Below, in pieces: positions 27,745 to 37,456 of a stretch of DNA of 64,000 bases (position 1 is the stretch's first letter; each line of letters opens with the position of its first letter). Source of the stretch: Phycisphaerales bacterium (lineage in GTDB: Bacteria; Planctomycetota; Phycisphaerae; Phycisphaerales; UBA1924); NCBI GenBank assembly GCA_965227775.1, contig OZ245777.1:672001-736000 (forward strand), given 5' to 3'. The notes under the pieces are model-generated. The model was not told where the DNA came from. It saw nothing but the letters and a program-made list of their open reading frames with translations, and searched no databases. The position numbers and the translations under genes are program-made.

Positions 27745-28950
27745 CTAAGCGAGTTCAAAGACAGTCGCGAGCCCCTGCCCAACGCCGATACAAAGCGACG
27801 CGATCCCCCGTTCGGTCCCGCTGCGACGCATCTCGTGCACGAGCGTGGCGGCCAGCCGTGCGCCGCTGCAGCCCAACGGATGCCCCATCGCGATCGCGCC
27901 CCCGTTGACGTTGAGACGATCGTCACTGATCCCAAGCTCGCGCTGGCACGCAACCGCTTGCGCCGCGAACGCCTCGTTGATCTCGAATCGACCGACGTCG
28001 CCGAGCGCGAGCCCGGATCGATCGAGCACACGACCGATCGCGGGAACCGGGCCGAGCCCCATGAGCGCCGGAGCAACGCCCGCTGAGGCGCCCGCACCGA
28101 CGTACGCCAGCGGCGCATAGCCCAACGATTTCGCCAACTCGGATTCCATGATCAGCAATGCAGCCGCACCGTCGTTGACGCCAGACGAGTTTCCAGCGGT
28201 GACCGTTCCTGCGTCGTCTTTGGCGAACACCGGCCTCAGCTTCGCGAGCGCCTCGAGCGTCGTACCGGGCCTTGGGTGCTCGTCGGTGTCGAACACGATC
28301 GGATCGCCACGGCGCTGCGGAACCTCGATCGGCAGCAACTCGTCATCGAATCGACTGGCTGCGTGGGCCAGGGCCCAACGCTCCTGGCTACGAAGCGCAA
28401 AGACATCCTGGTCTTCGCGGCTGATGCCGTGCTTCCTCGCAACGTTCTCTGCGGTCACTCCCAGCGCGTCGGTGTGGCCGAGCCCATCCATCAATGGGTT
28501 GACAAATCGCCACCCAATCGACGTATCGAACATCTCTTGCCCGCGCCCGAACGCTGTCTCCGCCTTGCTCAGCACATACGGCGCTCGGCTCATGGACTCG
28601 ACGCCGCCAGCGATGAAGACGTCACCCGCACCCGCCTCGAGCATTCGCGCCGCCACGTTGATCGCTTCCAGTCCGGACGCGCAGAGACGATTTACGGTTG
28701 CGCCAGGTACCGTTTCGGGCAGTCCAGCGAGCAGAACGGCCATCCGGGCGACATTTCGGTTGTCTTCGCCAGACTGATTGGCCGCGCCAAAGTACACGTC
28801 GTCGATCGACGCGGGATCGACACCCGACCGTTCAACGACGCCCTTGATGACGGCAGCGGCGAGATCGTCGGGACGGACGGAAGCCAGCTGGCCGCCATAA
28901 CGACCAATCGGCGTGCGAACGGCTGACACGATCGTTGCTCGTCTTGGCAT
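27745..28950 (-). CDS. pcaF: 3-oxoadipyl-CoA-type thiolase (PcaF/PaaJ-like)
   Basis: RTPIGRYGG, ANQSGEDNRNVARM, NRLCASG, NEAFA, GHPLG, CIGVGQG; start at ATG 28950. Confidence 0.88.
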   Translation of the reverse strand: MPRRATIVSAVRTPIGRYGGQLASVRPDDLAAAVIKGVVERSGVDPASIDDVYFGAANQSGEDNRNVARMAVLLAGLPETVPGATVNRLCASGLEAINVAARMLEAGAGDVFIAGGVESMSRAPYVLSKAETAFGRGQEMFDTSIGWRFVNPLMDGLGHTDALGVTAENVARKHGISREDQDVFALRSQERWALAHAASRFDDELLPIEVPQRRGDPIVFDTDEHPRPGTTLEALAKLRPVFAKDDAGTVTAGNSSGVNDGAAALLIMESELAKSLGYAPLAYVGAGASAGVAPALMGLGPVPAIGRVLDRSGLALGDVGRFEINEAFAAQAVACQRELGISDDRLNVNGGAIAMGHPLGCSGARLAATLVHEMRRSGTERGIASLCIGVGQGLATVFELA

Positions 28951-29383
28951 CGGTCCATTGTAGTTTGCCGAGTTCCCACTCAAGCTCTTGATGGTCTATC
29001 GGGCTTCGAGTCTGACGCTGTCGCGGCTTGGCGCACGCAGATAAATGGATCCAGAACTGAGCTCCACTTTGGGATGAGGCGCGAGCCTGTTCCACGCACT
29101 GGAATCCGCCTTACGAGATGTTGATCCGCTCAGTCCGCAACGTGCAATGATGCGAGCTCTGCCTATCACCGGAGTACGGAACCGCACACCCACAATCACA
29201 AGCCCGTTGGGCGCAGTTGGAACCTGGCAGCCGGAGCCGGAAGGTGCAATCAGAGGACCGACACCCGATGCGGCTGGGCGCGACGGACTCCGAAGCTGAG
29301 ATGCTGGCGAAGTAGGGCTCGAAGCCCCTGGGCAGGCCCACCTGCGTGGGCGAGCGCCGGCTCATAGGCGGCCAGAGCGAAAG

Positions 29384-29456
<73 letters not shown>

Positions 29457-29627
29457 TGGGTTGAGTCGTTATTGTACCACGAATTTTGCCGCTCGCCCGG
29501 CTCTAGGGCTCATCTACATAAGCATTTCCCCGCAAAACTGCGCTCCAGACGCAACGCCGACGCATGAAAGCTAGTAAGGCTTTACTAAACACGCCCGCCG
29601 CGGGATGCGGGCGAAGGAGGTGGCAAC

Positions 29628-30080
29628 ATGATCCGCACAACGAACCTGCGCAAGGGCCTCGCGGCGATCGCGGCGATCGTGCCGCTGGCACTGATGAGCG
29701 GCTGCTCCAACGGAACCCAGGGCGCGCTTTCCGGCGCCGCTCTGGGCAGCCTTGCCGGCCTGGGCATCGGCTCGGTCACGGGAGACCGCAGCGACGCCGT
29801 CACCATCGGCGCCATCCTGGGAGGCGTCGGCGGCGCGATCATCGGCGATCAGAACGCGCGATCGTCCCGTCGCTCCTACGGGCCATCGCCCAGCGTGTAT
29901 TCGAGCCAGCCGATCTACGTCGACCAGCCCGTGTACGTCGAGTCGCCCTCGCCGGCGTACTACAAGAGCTGGGGCGGCAGCGGTCACTACCACCACCAGC
30001 GCCACTACTACCGTCATCACGCCCCGCGATACCACGCGCCCAGATACCACGGGCACCGGTACTACGACTACTGCCGCTGA
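29628..30080 (+). CDS. glycine-zipper lipoprotein with His/Tyr/Arg-rich tail
   Basis: AAGGAGG SD; lipobox LMSGC; GAALG...GAILGGVGGAIIG; tail HYHHQRHYYRHHAPRYHAPRYHGHRYY. Confidence 0.8.
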   Translation: MIRTTNLRKGLAAIAAIVPLALMSGCSNGTQGALSGAALGSLAGLGIGSVTGDRSDAVTIGAILGGVGGAIIGDQNARSSRRSYGPSPSVYSSQPIYVDQPVYVESPSPAYYKSWGGSGHYHHQRHYYRHHAPRYHAPRYHGHRYYDYCR

Positions 30081-30117
30081 TCGCAGCTGCTCGGTCTTCG
30101 GCTCCTGCGCTCGGGCT

Positions 30118-30723
30118 CTATCGATTCGGCTTCATGCCTTCGGCAATGTGCCGCAGCGTGTCGGCCCAGAGTCCGGCCTCTTCGCGCAGGTCCTCTTCCA
30201 GCAGGTCCGCCACGGTGGCGAGGTCTTCGTCGCCCACGGCCCGCTTGAGGTCGTCGAGCTGCCGCGCAAGCGCATCCGAACGCGCGTCGAGCGCGCCATC
30301 CGTCGTGTACTGCGAGAGCGATACCCCCACCGCCGCACCGCCCTGCACCACGGCCTGCCGCACGGCCTGCCAGGTCGAGAGCAATTCCGCGAGCGCCTGC
30401 ATCGCCTCGTTCATCTCGCCACGATGGATCATCTCGGCGCAAGCGGCGTGTTCGTCCTGGGCGCCATCCATCGCGTCCGCCGCGTCGAAGAGCGTGACGC
30501 GCACCAGCGACGCTGGGTCAGTCGAGGTCATCTCCAGCACCTGGGCCTCCAGCGGCTCGTCGCTCGGCTCGCCCAGCCGCTCGCCCGTGACCGGCTCGCC
30601 GTCTTGGAGGACCTCGACCACGATGCGCCCCTGGCTGCGCGCTCGCTCAGCGCCGGCCTCGATGGCGGCGGCCAGCGTGGGGCGGTCGATCGCCAGGTCT
30701 TCACCGTCGAGCGTGGCCTTCAT
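30118..30723 (-). CDS. hypothetical protein (acidic, helical)
   Basis: GAGGAG SD before MKATLDG; host-like codon bias; follows xth. Confidence 0.7.
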   Translation of the reverse strand: MKATLDGEDLAIDRPTLAAAIEAGAERARSQGRIVVEVLQDGEPVTGERLGEPSDEPLEAQVLEMTSTDPASLVRVTLFDAADAMDGAQDEHAACAEMIHRGEMNEAMQALAELLSTWQAVRQAVVQGGAAVGVSLSQYTTDGALDARSDALARQLDDLKRAVGDEDLATVADLLEEDLREEAGLWADTLRHIAEGMKPNR

Positions 30724-30734
30724 GGCTGGACTCC

Positions 30735-31514
30735 TCACAGATCGAGATCGGCCACGACGGGCGCGTGGTCGGAGATGCCATCGGCAGCTTCGCGGTCGAT
30801 CCAGCAATCCTTCATCGCCTTTTTGGCCGCCGGATTGGCAAGCAGGTAGTCGATCCGCCAACCCCGATCGAGGGACCGAGCCTGCCCGCGGTTGCTCCAC
30901 CAGGTGTACGGCCCGTCCACGTCGCCGTGCTTCTCGCGGATGACGTCGTGCCACCCGGCGTCGAACAGCCCCCCCACCCACGCGCGCTCGTGGGGCAGAA
31001 AGCCGCTGGTCTTCTGGTTGCTCCGCCAGTGGAAGATGTCGCGCTCGGTGTGCGCCACGTTGAAGTCGCCGCCCAGCAGCACGGGCGTCCGCTTGCGCCG
31101 CAGCGGCTGCACCCATTGGCTGAACTCGGGCATCCACTGCTCCTTGATCGCCTGCCGATGCTCGCCCGACGAGCCCGAGGGCAGATACACGCTGGCAACC
31201 ACCAGCCCGCCCACGTTTGCAGAGATCAACCGGCCCTCTTCGTCACCATCGCTGTGGCCGTCGTGCAATCCAAATCTGACTTGCTTTGGCTTGTTCTTGC
31301 TGAGCAGCGCAGTCCCTGAATATCCCTTGCGCGCCGCCGGATTCCAGACGACGTGATACTTGCCCGCATGGATCAGCGGCTCAGGCGCCTGCTCGCGAAG
31401 CGCACGCACCTCCTGCAACAGCACGACATCGGCATCGATCTCGTCGAGCCGGTCTCCCAAGCCCTTCTTCCAGGCCGAACGGATGCCATTGATGTTCCAC
31501 GTCAGGATGCGCAC
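30735..31514 (-). CDS. xth: exodeoxyribonuclease III
   Basis: TWNINGIR, LQE, GYSG, GDFNVAH, YTWWS.R, GWRIDY, SDHAP. Confidence 0.95.
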   Translation of the reverse strand: MRILTWNINGIRSAWKKGLGDRLDEIDADVVLLQEVRALREQAPEPLIHAGKYHVVWNPAARKGYSGTALLSKNKPKQVRFGLHDGHSDGDEEGRLISANVGGLVVASVYLPSGSSGEHRQAIKEQWMPEFSQWVQPLRRKRTPVLLGGDFNVAHTERDIFHWRSNQKTSGFLPHERAWVGGLFDAGWHDVIREKHGDVDGPYTWWSNRGQARSLDRGWRIDYLLANPAAKKAMKDCWIDREAADGISDHAPVVADLDL

Positions 31515-31555
31515 GTGCGAGTGTAAACACACGATTGCGCCGAGCCAACACCGGC

Positions 31556-32041
31556 TCAGCAAGGACTCCACCGTCGCAGCGATCTGCTCGAAGGAACGCA
31601 GAGCGGATGGAGCGGGTCACCAGTCCGAGCTGTACCCAGGCACCACAGCTCGCGGCCCTCAAGTACCGCGATGCTCGACGACCTCTCGCGGCGTCGCCAA
31701 CGGTCGATCGACGCGCCCCAGCCCACGATCACGCGGTCAGCCTGATCGACCGCAGCCTCGACGTAGCGGGCGTTCTCGGGGCCTTCCGAGTCTGGAGCCG
31801 TCATGAGCTCGGCTGGATTTGTCGCTCGGTACGCGTAGAGATTGACGACCACGATGCGGCCCAGGTGCCCACACGTAGAAGCACTAAATCCCCGCACGCG
31901 TCGAAGGGTCTGATCGTCGCTGGTCGCGTCCGCGGTGCTCGGGTTGAGCATGACCCACACGACCGTCGCGCCGCCCGCCGGATCGACGATCCGATCGAGC
32001 CGGTAGCGATACCGACCGCACTGCGAGAAAACCGCCGACAT
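31556..32041 (-). CDS. DUF1643 domain protein
   Basis: AVFS.CGRYRYRL, VMLNPSTAD...DD.T, VNLYAYRATNP, HPL. Confidence 0.85.
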   Translation of the reverse strand: MSAVFSQCGRYRYRLDRIVDPAGGATVVWVMLNPSTADATSDDQTLRRVRGFSASTCGHLGRIVVVNLYAYRATNPAELMTAPDSEGPENARYVEAAVDQADRVIVGWGASIDRWRRRERSSSIAVLEGRELWCLGTARTGDPLHPLCVPSSRSLRRWSPC

Positions 32042-32049
32042 TCGCGAGA

Positions 32050-33543
32050 CTAGGCCGGCTCCTGCCCATCGAGCCCGAGCGCCTTCATCTTCTTATAAAG
32101 CGTCGTGCGGTTGATGCCCAGGTCGTCGGCCGTCGCCTGCCGGTTCCAGTCGTTGGCCTTCAATGCCTTGAGGATGATCCGCTTCTCAGGCTCACGCATC
32201 GCGTCGGCCAGCGGCATGGGCGTCCACGGCGTCTCGGCTTCTGGCTCGGCCGGCCGCAACGACGCGGGCGTCAGTGGCCCGGTGGCGTTCTCGATGACCT
32301 GTGGTGGCAGATCGTGCAACGCGATCGTCGGCGTGCGCGTGAGTACGGCGGCGCGCTCCACGATGTTCTGCAACTCGCGCACGTTGCCCGGATAGCTGTA
32401 TCGCCGGAGCGCATCGAGCGCCTCATCCGCAAAGCCGAGCAACGCCTTGCCAAGCTCCTCGGCGTGCTGCTTCAGGAAGTGCTCGGCCAGCATCGGCACG
32501 TCGTTCACACGATCGCGCAAGGGCGGGATCTCGATCTTCACGACGTTGATGCGATAGTACAGGTCTTGCCTGAACTTGCCCTCGGCCACGAGCGCCTCCA
32601 GGTCCTGATTGCTCGCCAGCACCACGCGCGTGTCGACCTCGATGGTCTCGTTGCTGCCAACCGGCTCGAAGCGCCGCTCCTGCAACACACGCAGCAGCTT
32701 GAGCTGCATGGCCGGGCTCGCGCTGTTGATCTCGTCGAGGAACAGCGTGCCGCCATCAGCCGCCAGGAAGCGCCCAGCCTTGTCTGCGTGCGCCCCCGTG
32801 AAGGCGCCCTTGACGTGACCAAAGAGCTCGCTCTCGAGCAGCGTCTCGGGGATCGATCCGCAGGAGATCTCAACGAACGGCTCGTTCCGCCGCGGGCTGT
32901 TCTGGTGGATGGCGCGCGCGATCAGGCTCTTGCCCACGCCGCTCTCGCCGGTCATGAGCACCGTCGTCCGACTCGGGGCCACGGCCTCGATCAATTCGAA
33001 GATACGCTGCACGCGGTGGTCGCGGCCGACGATGCCCTCGAGCCCGTACCGGCCGGCGAGCTGCTGCTTCAGTCGACGGTTCTCGCTGAGCAGCTTGTGC
33101 TGGCCCAATGCACGCTCGAGCGACACACGAAGCTCGCTATCAACAACGGGCTTGGTCAGGTAGTCGCTCGCACCCAGCCGCAGCGCCTCGACTGCCGACT
33201 CGATGGTGCCGTAGCCGGTCAGCATGATGACCGCGGCGTCGTGCTCCTTCTGGATGTGCGCGAGCAGGTCCATCCCGCCCATCCCCGGCATCGAGACGTC
33301 GCAGATCGCCAGGTCGAACGGGTGCGGCACGCGGCTCGGGCCGTCGGTGTGCTGTTCTGCCTCGGCCAGCGCCTCCATCGCCTCGGCAGCGTCGAATGCA
33401 GTCGCCGCCTCGTAGCCCTCGCGCACCAGGAACTCGGCCAGACTCTCGGCGATGATCGGATCGTCGTCGATCACCAGCACCTTGTGCGTGCCGGTGGACT
33501 TCTTGCTTGGTAGTGCGGCGGCTTCGGTCGGCATCGAACTCAC
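32050..33543 (-). CDS. sigma-54-dependent response regulator (NtrC family)
   Basis: REC (LVIDDD, CDVSMP), GESGVGKS, ESELFGHVKGAFTGA, RQDLYYR, PGNVREL, Fis-type HTH. Confidence 0.95.
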   Translation of the reverse strand: MSSMPTEAAALPSKKSTGTHKVLVIDDDPIIAESLAEFLVREGYEAATAFDAAEAMEALAEAEQHTDGPSRVPHPFDLAICDVSMPGMGGMDLLAHIQKEHDAAVIMLTGYGTIESAVEALRLGASDYLTKPVVDSELRVSLERALGQHKLLSENRRLKQQLAGRYGLEGIVGRDHRVQRIFELIEAVAPSRTTVLMTGESGVGKSLIARAIHQNSPRRNEPFVEISCGSIPETLLESELFGHVKGAFTGAHADKAGRFLAADGGTLFLDEINSASPAMQLKLLRVLQERRFEPVGSNETIEVDTRVVLASNQDLEALVAEGKFRQDLYYRINVVKIEIPPLRDRVNDVPMLAEHFLKQHAEELGKALLGFADEALDALRRYSYPGNVRELQNIVERAAVLTRTPTIALHDLPPQVIENATGPLTPASLRPAEPEAETPWTPMPLADAMREPEKRIILKALKANDWNRQATADDLGINRTTLYKKMKALGLDGQEPA

Positions 33544-34427
33544 CCGATGCTCTGCGCGCCGCGGTCTTGCGGCACGGGGTAGCGAGCCCGAAGCACGGCA
33601 CCACCTTCGCGGCTTGCCGAGAGCTCGAGCGTGCCGCCCATGTCGCGCGCGACCTCGGCGCTGATCGCAAGCCCGAGCCCGAAGCCCTTGCTCTTGCTGG
33701 TCACGCCGGGCTCGAATAGCTTGCGCGGGGAGGTCGACACATCCAGCCCCGCCCCGGTGTCGCGAATCTCCAGGATCACCTGAGGCCCATCGTCTTCGTC
33801 GTGCTCCAGCCGCAGCGACAGCGTCACCGTGCCCGGCTTGCCCGACCGCTCGACGGCCTCGATCGCGTTGCGCAGACCATTAAGGATCAACGGGTACACC
33901 GGCCCCGCTGCGATCGTCTGAATATCCGCGTCGAGCTGGCCCTCGAGCCTCGCCAGCGCCTCACCGGCCGCCGGCCCGACCACCGCGAGCGCGTGCTCGG
34001 CCGCCTCAGCCAGCGAGATCGGCGCGCCGCGAGAGATGGTCGGCGAGCCCGGCCCGCCCGGAGCCCCACTGAGCGTCGCGTGCAGGATGTCACACATCCG
34101 CTCCATCGCCTTGTAGGCCGTATTCACGTGCTGGCGGACGCCGTCGAGCTCCTGGGCGGCAGACGCCGTGAGCTCGGCGTCGAGCGACTGCCGCGCGAGC
34201 GCCAGCTGCCGCATCGAACCATCCAGCAGGTTGTTCAGGTCGTGCGCCAGGCTCGTCAGCTTGTCGGCCACGGGCACCATGCCGGACACGCCCGGCTGGG
34301 CGCGACCGGCCGGTCGGCGATCATCGGGCGAGGGCTGGTTGTCTCGATGTTGCTCCATCGCATCGGTCATCGGCCGACGTGCGGGCCCGGCTGTGTTGCT
34401 TCTGTGCAACACTTCCGGGTCCGACAT
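33540..34427 (-). CDS. cytoplasmic sensor histidine kinase
   Basis: SLAHDLNN H-box, NAIEA N-box, DTGAG, GFGLGL; overlaps the response regulator start; start uncertain. Confidence 0.85.
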   Translation of the reverse strand: MSDPEVLHRSNTAGPARRPMTDAMEQHRDNQPSPDDRRPAGRAQPGVSGMVPVADKLTSLAHDLNNLLDGSMRQLALARQSLDAELTASAAQELDGVRQHVNTAYKAMERMCDILHATLSGAPGGPGSPTISRGAPISLAEAAEHALAVVGPAAGEALARLEGQLDADIQTIAAGPVYPLILNGLRNAIEAVERSGKPGTVTLSLRLEHDEDDGPQVILEIRDTGAGLDVSTSPRKLFEPGVTSKSKGFGLGLAISAEVARDMGGTLELSASREGGAVLRARYPVPQDRGAQSIG

Positions 34428-34486
34428 TCTCGGACGTTGAATACCGGCAACATCCCGACCACACGCGCAGAACGTGCGCGTATGGC

Positions 34487-37456
34487 CTAGGCGACGCCCA
34501 GGGCCTCGGCGTCGCGATCACTGAGCATGCCACCATCGGAGCGTTCCTTGACGGTGCCGTCGCGCTTCCAAGACCGCTCGCAGCGCGGGTCGGAGCCGTG
34601 GTCGGTCACCGCGATCTCGGCAGCGCCGACTTCGACCTTGCTCACGCCGAGCAGGTCGGCCAGGTCCACAGGGTCGAAACCGTCGAGCAGGCCTTCGGGG
34701 CTGGGTAGGGCCACCCACGCGTCCAGCGGGTTGTCGATGTCCATGCCGCCCTTGTCCGCCGAGCCGCGCGCGAGCTCGATGGCCGCGAGTGCCTTGTCGC
34801 GTAGGGCCATGACCTTTGCCCAGCGCTCGTCGGCCGCGATGCCGCTCGCCGGCAGCACCGTCTCCAGGTGGACGCAGGTGTCGATCTCGTCGGCCGCGAC
34901 TCGATGCAGGGCGCGGAAGGCCTCGTCGGCGGTGTGGGGCAGGATGGGTGCGAGCAGCCGGGACAGCCCGTCAGTGATGTGGTGCAACACCGTCTGCGTG
35001 CGCCGGCGGCGAGCGTTGTCGGCCTTATCGCAGTACAGCCGGTCCTTGATGGCCGCGAGATACACCGCGCTCATCGTGTCGTTGCAGAAGGCGTACAGCT
35101 TGGCGTGCGCCGTGCGGAACTCGTACTTCTCGTACGCGGCCAGCACGTCCGTGCTCAACGCATCAAACTTCGAAAGCGCCCACGCGTCGATGCTCGTCGG
35201 CTCCACGGACCCGAGATCGACTGCCTTCGACGAATCGAAATCGCCCAGGTTGCCGAGCATGAAGCGCAGCGTGTTGCGAACCTTGCGGTAAGCTTCGCCG
35301 GCGATGGCGAAGAATTCGTCATCGACCTTGGCGTCGTTCTCGTAGCTGAGCGAGGCAACCCACCACCGCAGCACGTCGCATCCGTACTTAGTGAAGAGCG
35401 CCTCGATCGTGTCGCCGCGGCTCTTGCTGAGCTTCTGGCCGTCCTTGTCGACCATGAAGCCGTGGGTGACCACCGCCTTATACGGCGGCTTGCCCGTCGA
35501 CCCCAACGCACACGCCAGGCTCGACTGGAACCAGCCGCGGTGCTGGTCGCTGCCCTCAAGATACAACTCGCTGGGGAACACGCCCAAGCGATGCCGCATC
35601 ACGGCGTTCCATGTCGCGCCGCTCTCGAACCAGACGTCGAGGATGTCCTCGCCCTTGCGCAGCTCGCTCTTGGAGATGCCCTTGAGCTCGTCTGGCAGGT
35701 CGGCGTCGGCGGCGGGGTTCCAATTCGCCAGCAGATCGCTGGGGCCCTCGGTGAACCACGCGTCGCTGCCGCGCTCACCGAACACGCGCGCCATCTCGCG
35801 CACCAGGCTCGGCGTGAACACGGCCGTGCCGTCCTTCGTGTGGAACGCCGGGATCGGCAGCCCCCACGCGCGCTGTCGGCTGATGCACCAATCGGGGCGG
35901 CTATCGAGCATGCCTCGCAAGCGATTGCGCGCCCACGCGGGGTGGAAGTCGACACTCTCGGTCGTACCCGCATCGACCCAGTGCAGCGACCGCTCGCGCA
36001 GGGACTTGGCCTCGTCGCCATCCACGGTGAACCCACCGTCGATGCTCACAAACCACTGCTCGGTGCTCCGGAAGATCACCGGCGTCTTGCTGCGCCAGTC
36101 GTGCGGGTAGCTGTGCATGAACTTCGAGCTATGGAATAGGTGCCCGCTGTCGCGCAGCCTGTCGGTGATGGCCTCGTTGGCCTTCCAGATGTGCTGGCCC
36201 GCCAGCCAATCGGGCGTGGTGTCGTCGTAGGTGCCGTTGCCCTGCACGGGGCAATAGACCGGCAGCCCGACGCGCTTGCCCGTGTCGTAGTCCTCGGCGC
36301 CATGGCCCGGGGCGGTATGCACCAGGCCTGTGCCGTCCTCGAGCGTCACGTACTCGGCGTCGTAGATCGTCCAGCACGCGTCCTCGCACGCGGCACCCTG
36401 TCCCTTGGGCGTGTACTGCAAGAATGGATGGCGATACTTCAGCCCCACGAGCGACGCGCCGGTCGTCTTCGCCAGGACGTGCACGTCTTCGGCCTTGCCC
36501 ATCTTCGCAACCGTGTCGAGCAGCGCTTCGGCGACGATCGTCAGATTGCCATCGATGCGCGCGAGCACATATTCGAACTTCTTGCCCACTGCGACGGCAA
36601 GGTTCGCCGGCAGCGTCCAGGGTGTCGTTGTCCAGATCATGAAGCTGGGCGTCTGGCCCGGTCGCTCGGCATCGGGAATGCCAAACGCGTCGTACACCTT
36701 CTCCTTGTCGACCGCCTCGAAGTCGACGTAGATCGAGATGTCCTCGCGGTCCATGTACTCCAGCTCGGCCTCGGCCAGCGCCGTCTCGTTGGCGATCGAC
36801 CAGTGCACGGGCTTGAGCGCGCGATACACCAATCCGCGTTCGCACAGATCAGCCAGCACCTCCGTCACAGCCTTCTCGAACTCGGGCTGGATGGTCAGGT
36901 ACGGGTGCTCGTAGTCGGCCATGGTGAGCAGGCGGATCATCTGCCCGCTCTGCAGCTCAACGTACTTCTTGGCGTACTGTTCACACTCGGCGCGCACGCT
37001 CGCGCGCCGCGCCCACGCGTCTAGACCATCGAGCTCCTTGATCTTTTTGCTCTTGACCAACTCCCCCATCACCTTGTGCTCGATGGGCAGGCCGTGGCAG
37101 TCCCAGCCCGGCACGAAGGGGCAGTCTTTGCCCATCAGCGTCTGGCTGCGCACGACGAAGTCCTTGAGCGTCTTGTTCGTCAGGTGGCCCAGGTGGATGG
37201 AGCCGTTCGCGTAGGGAGGGCCGTCGTGGAACGCGAAATCGGGCGCGTCCTTGCGCTGCTCGCGGAGCTTCTGGTAAACGCCCGCTTTCTGCCACCGCTC
37301 GATGCTGGCCGGCTCGTTGTTCACCAGCCCGGCGCGCATCGGGAAGTCCGTTTGCGGCAGGTTCAGGCTCTGGCGATACTTGTTCTTGTCCGCCTTGCCG
37401 CCCTGCTTTTGGTTGGGCGTGCGATCTTTCGGTTGGGGCTTGGTCGTATCGGGCAT
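34487..37456 (-). CDS. ileS: isoleucine--tRNA ligase
   Basis: HDGPPYANG.IHLGH, GWDCHGLPIE, WTTTPWT, GTGLVH, DWCISRQR, EGSDQHRGWF, KLSKS. Confidence 0.97.
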   Translation of the reverse strand: MPDTTKPQPKDRTPNQKQGGKADKNKYRQSLNLPQTDFPMRAGLVNNEPASIERWQKAGVYQKLREQRKDAPDFAFHDGPPYANGSIHLGHLTNKTLKDFVVRSQTLMGKDCPFVPGWDCHGLPIEHKVMGELVKSKKIKELDGLDAWARRASVRAECEQYAKKYVELQSGQMIRLLTMADYEHPYLTIQPEFEKAVTEVLADLCERGLVYRALKPVHWSIANETALAEAELEYMDREDISIYVDFEAVDKEKVYDAFGIPDAERPGQTPSFMIWTTTPWTLPANLAVAVGKKFEYVLARIDGNLTIVAEALLDTVAKMGKAEDVHVLAKTTGASLVGLKYRHPFLQYTPKGQGAACEDACWTIYDAEYVTLEDGTGLVHTAPGHGAEDYDTGKRVGLPVYCPVQGNGTYDDTTPDWLAGQHIWKANEAITDRLRDSGHLFHSSKFMHSYPHDWRSKTPVIFRSTEQWFVSIDGGFTVDGDEAKSLRERSLHWVDAGTTESVDFHPAWARNRLRGMLDSRPDWCISRQRAWGLPIPAFHTKDGTAVFTPSLVREMARVFGERGSDAWFTEGPSDLLANWNPAADADLPDELKGISKSELRKGEDILDVWFESGATWNAVMRHRLGVFPSELYLEGSDQHRGWFQSSLACALGSTGKPPYKAVVTHGFMVDKDGQKLSKSRGDTIEALFTKYGCDVLRWWVASLSYENDAKVDDEFFAIAGEAYRKVRNTLRFMLGNLGDFDSSKAVDLGSVEPTSIDAWALSKFDALSTDVLAAYEKYEFRTAHAKLYAFCNDTMSAVYLAAIKDRLYCDKADNARRRRTQTVLHHITDGLSRLLAPILPHTADEAFRALHRVAADEIDTCVHLETVLPASGIAADERWAKVMALRDKALAAIELARGSADKGGMDIDNPLDAWVALPSPEGLLDGFDPVDLADLLGVSKVEVGAAEIAVTDHGSDPRCERSWKRDGTVKERSDGGMLSDRDAEALGVA

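Noticed and set aside
25041..28950. Aromatic (protocatechuate/catechol) degradation cluster
   Set aside because: No dioxygenase, cycloisomerase, decarboxylase or enol-lactone hydrolase in the window; pcaIJ are coupled to the aminomutase instead.
29111..29365. 84-aa Cys-containing ORF next to tRNA-Lys
   Set aside because: No SD or recognisable motif and atypical codons; probably spurious or decayed.
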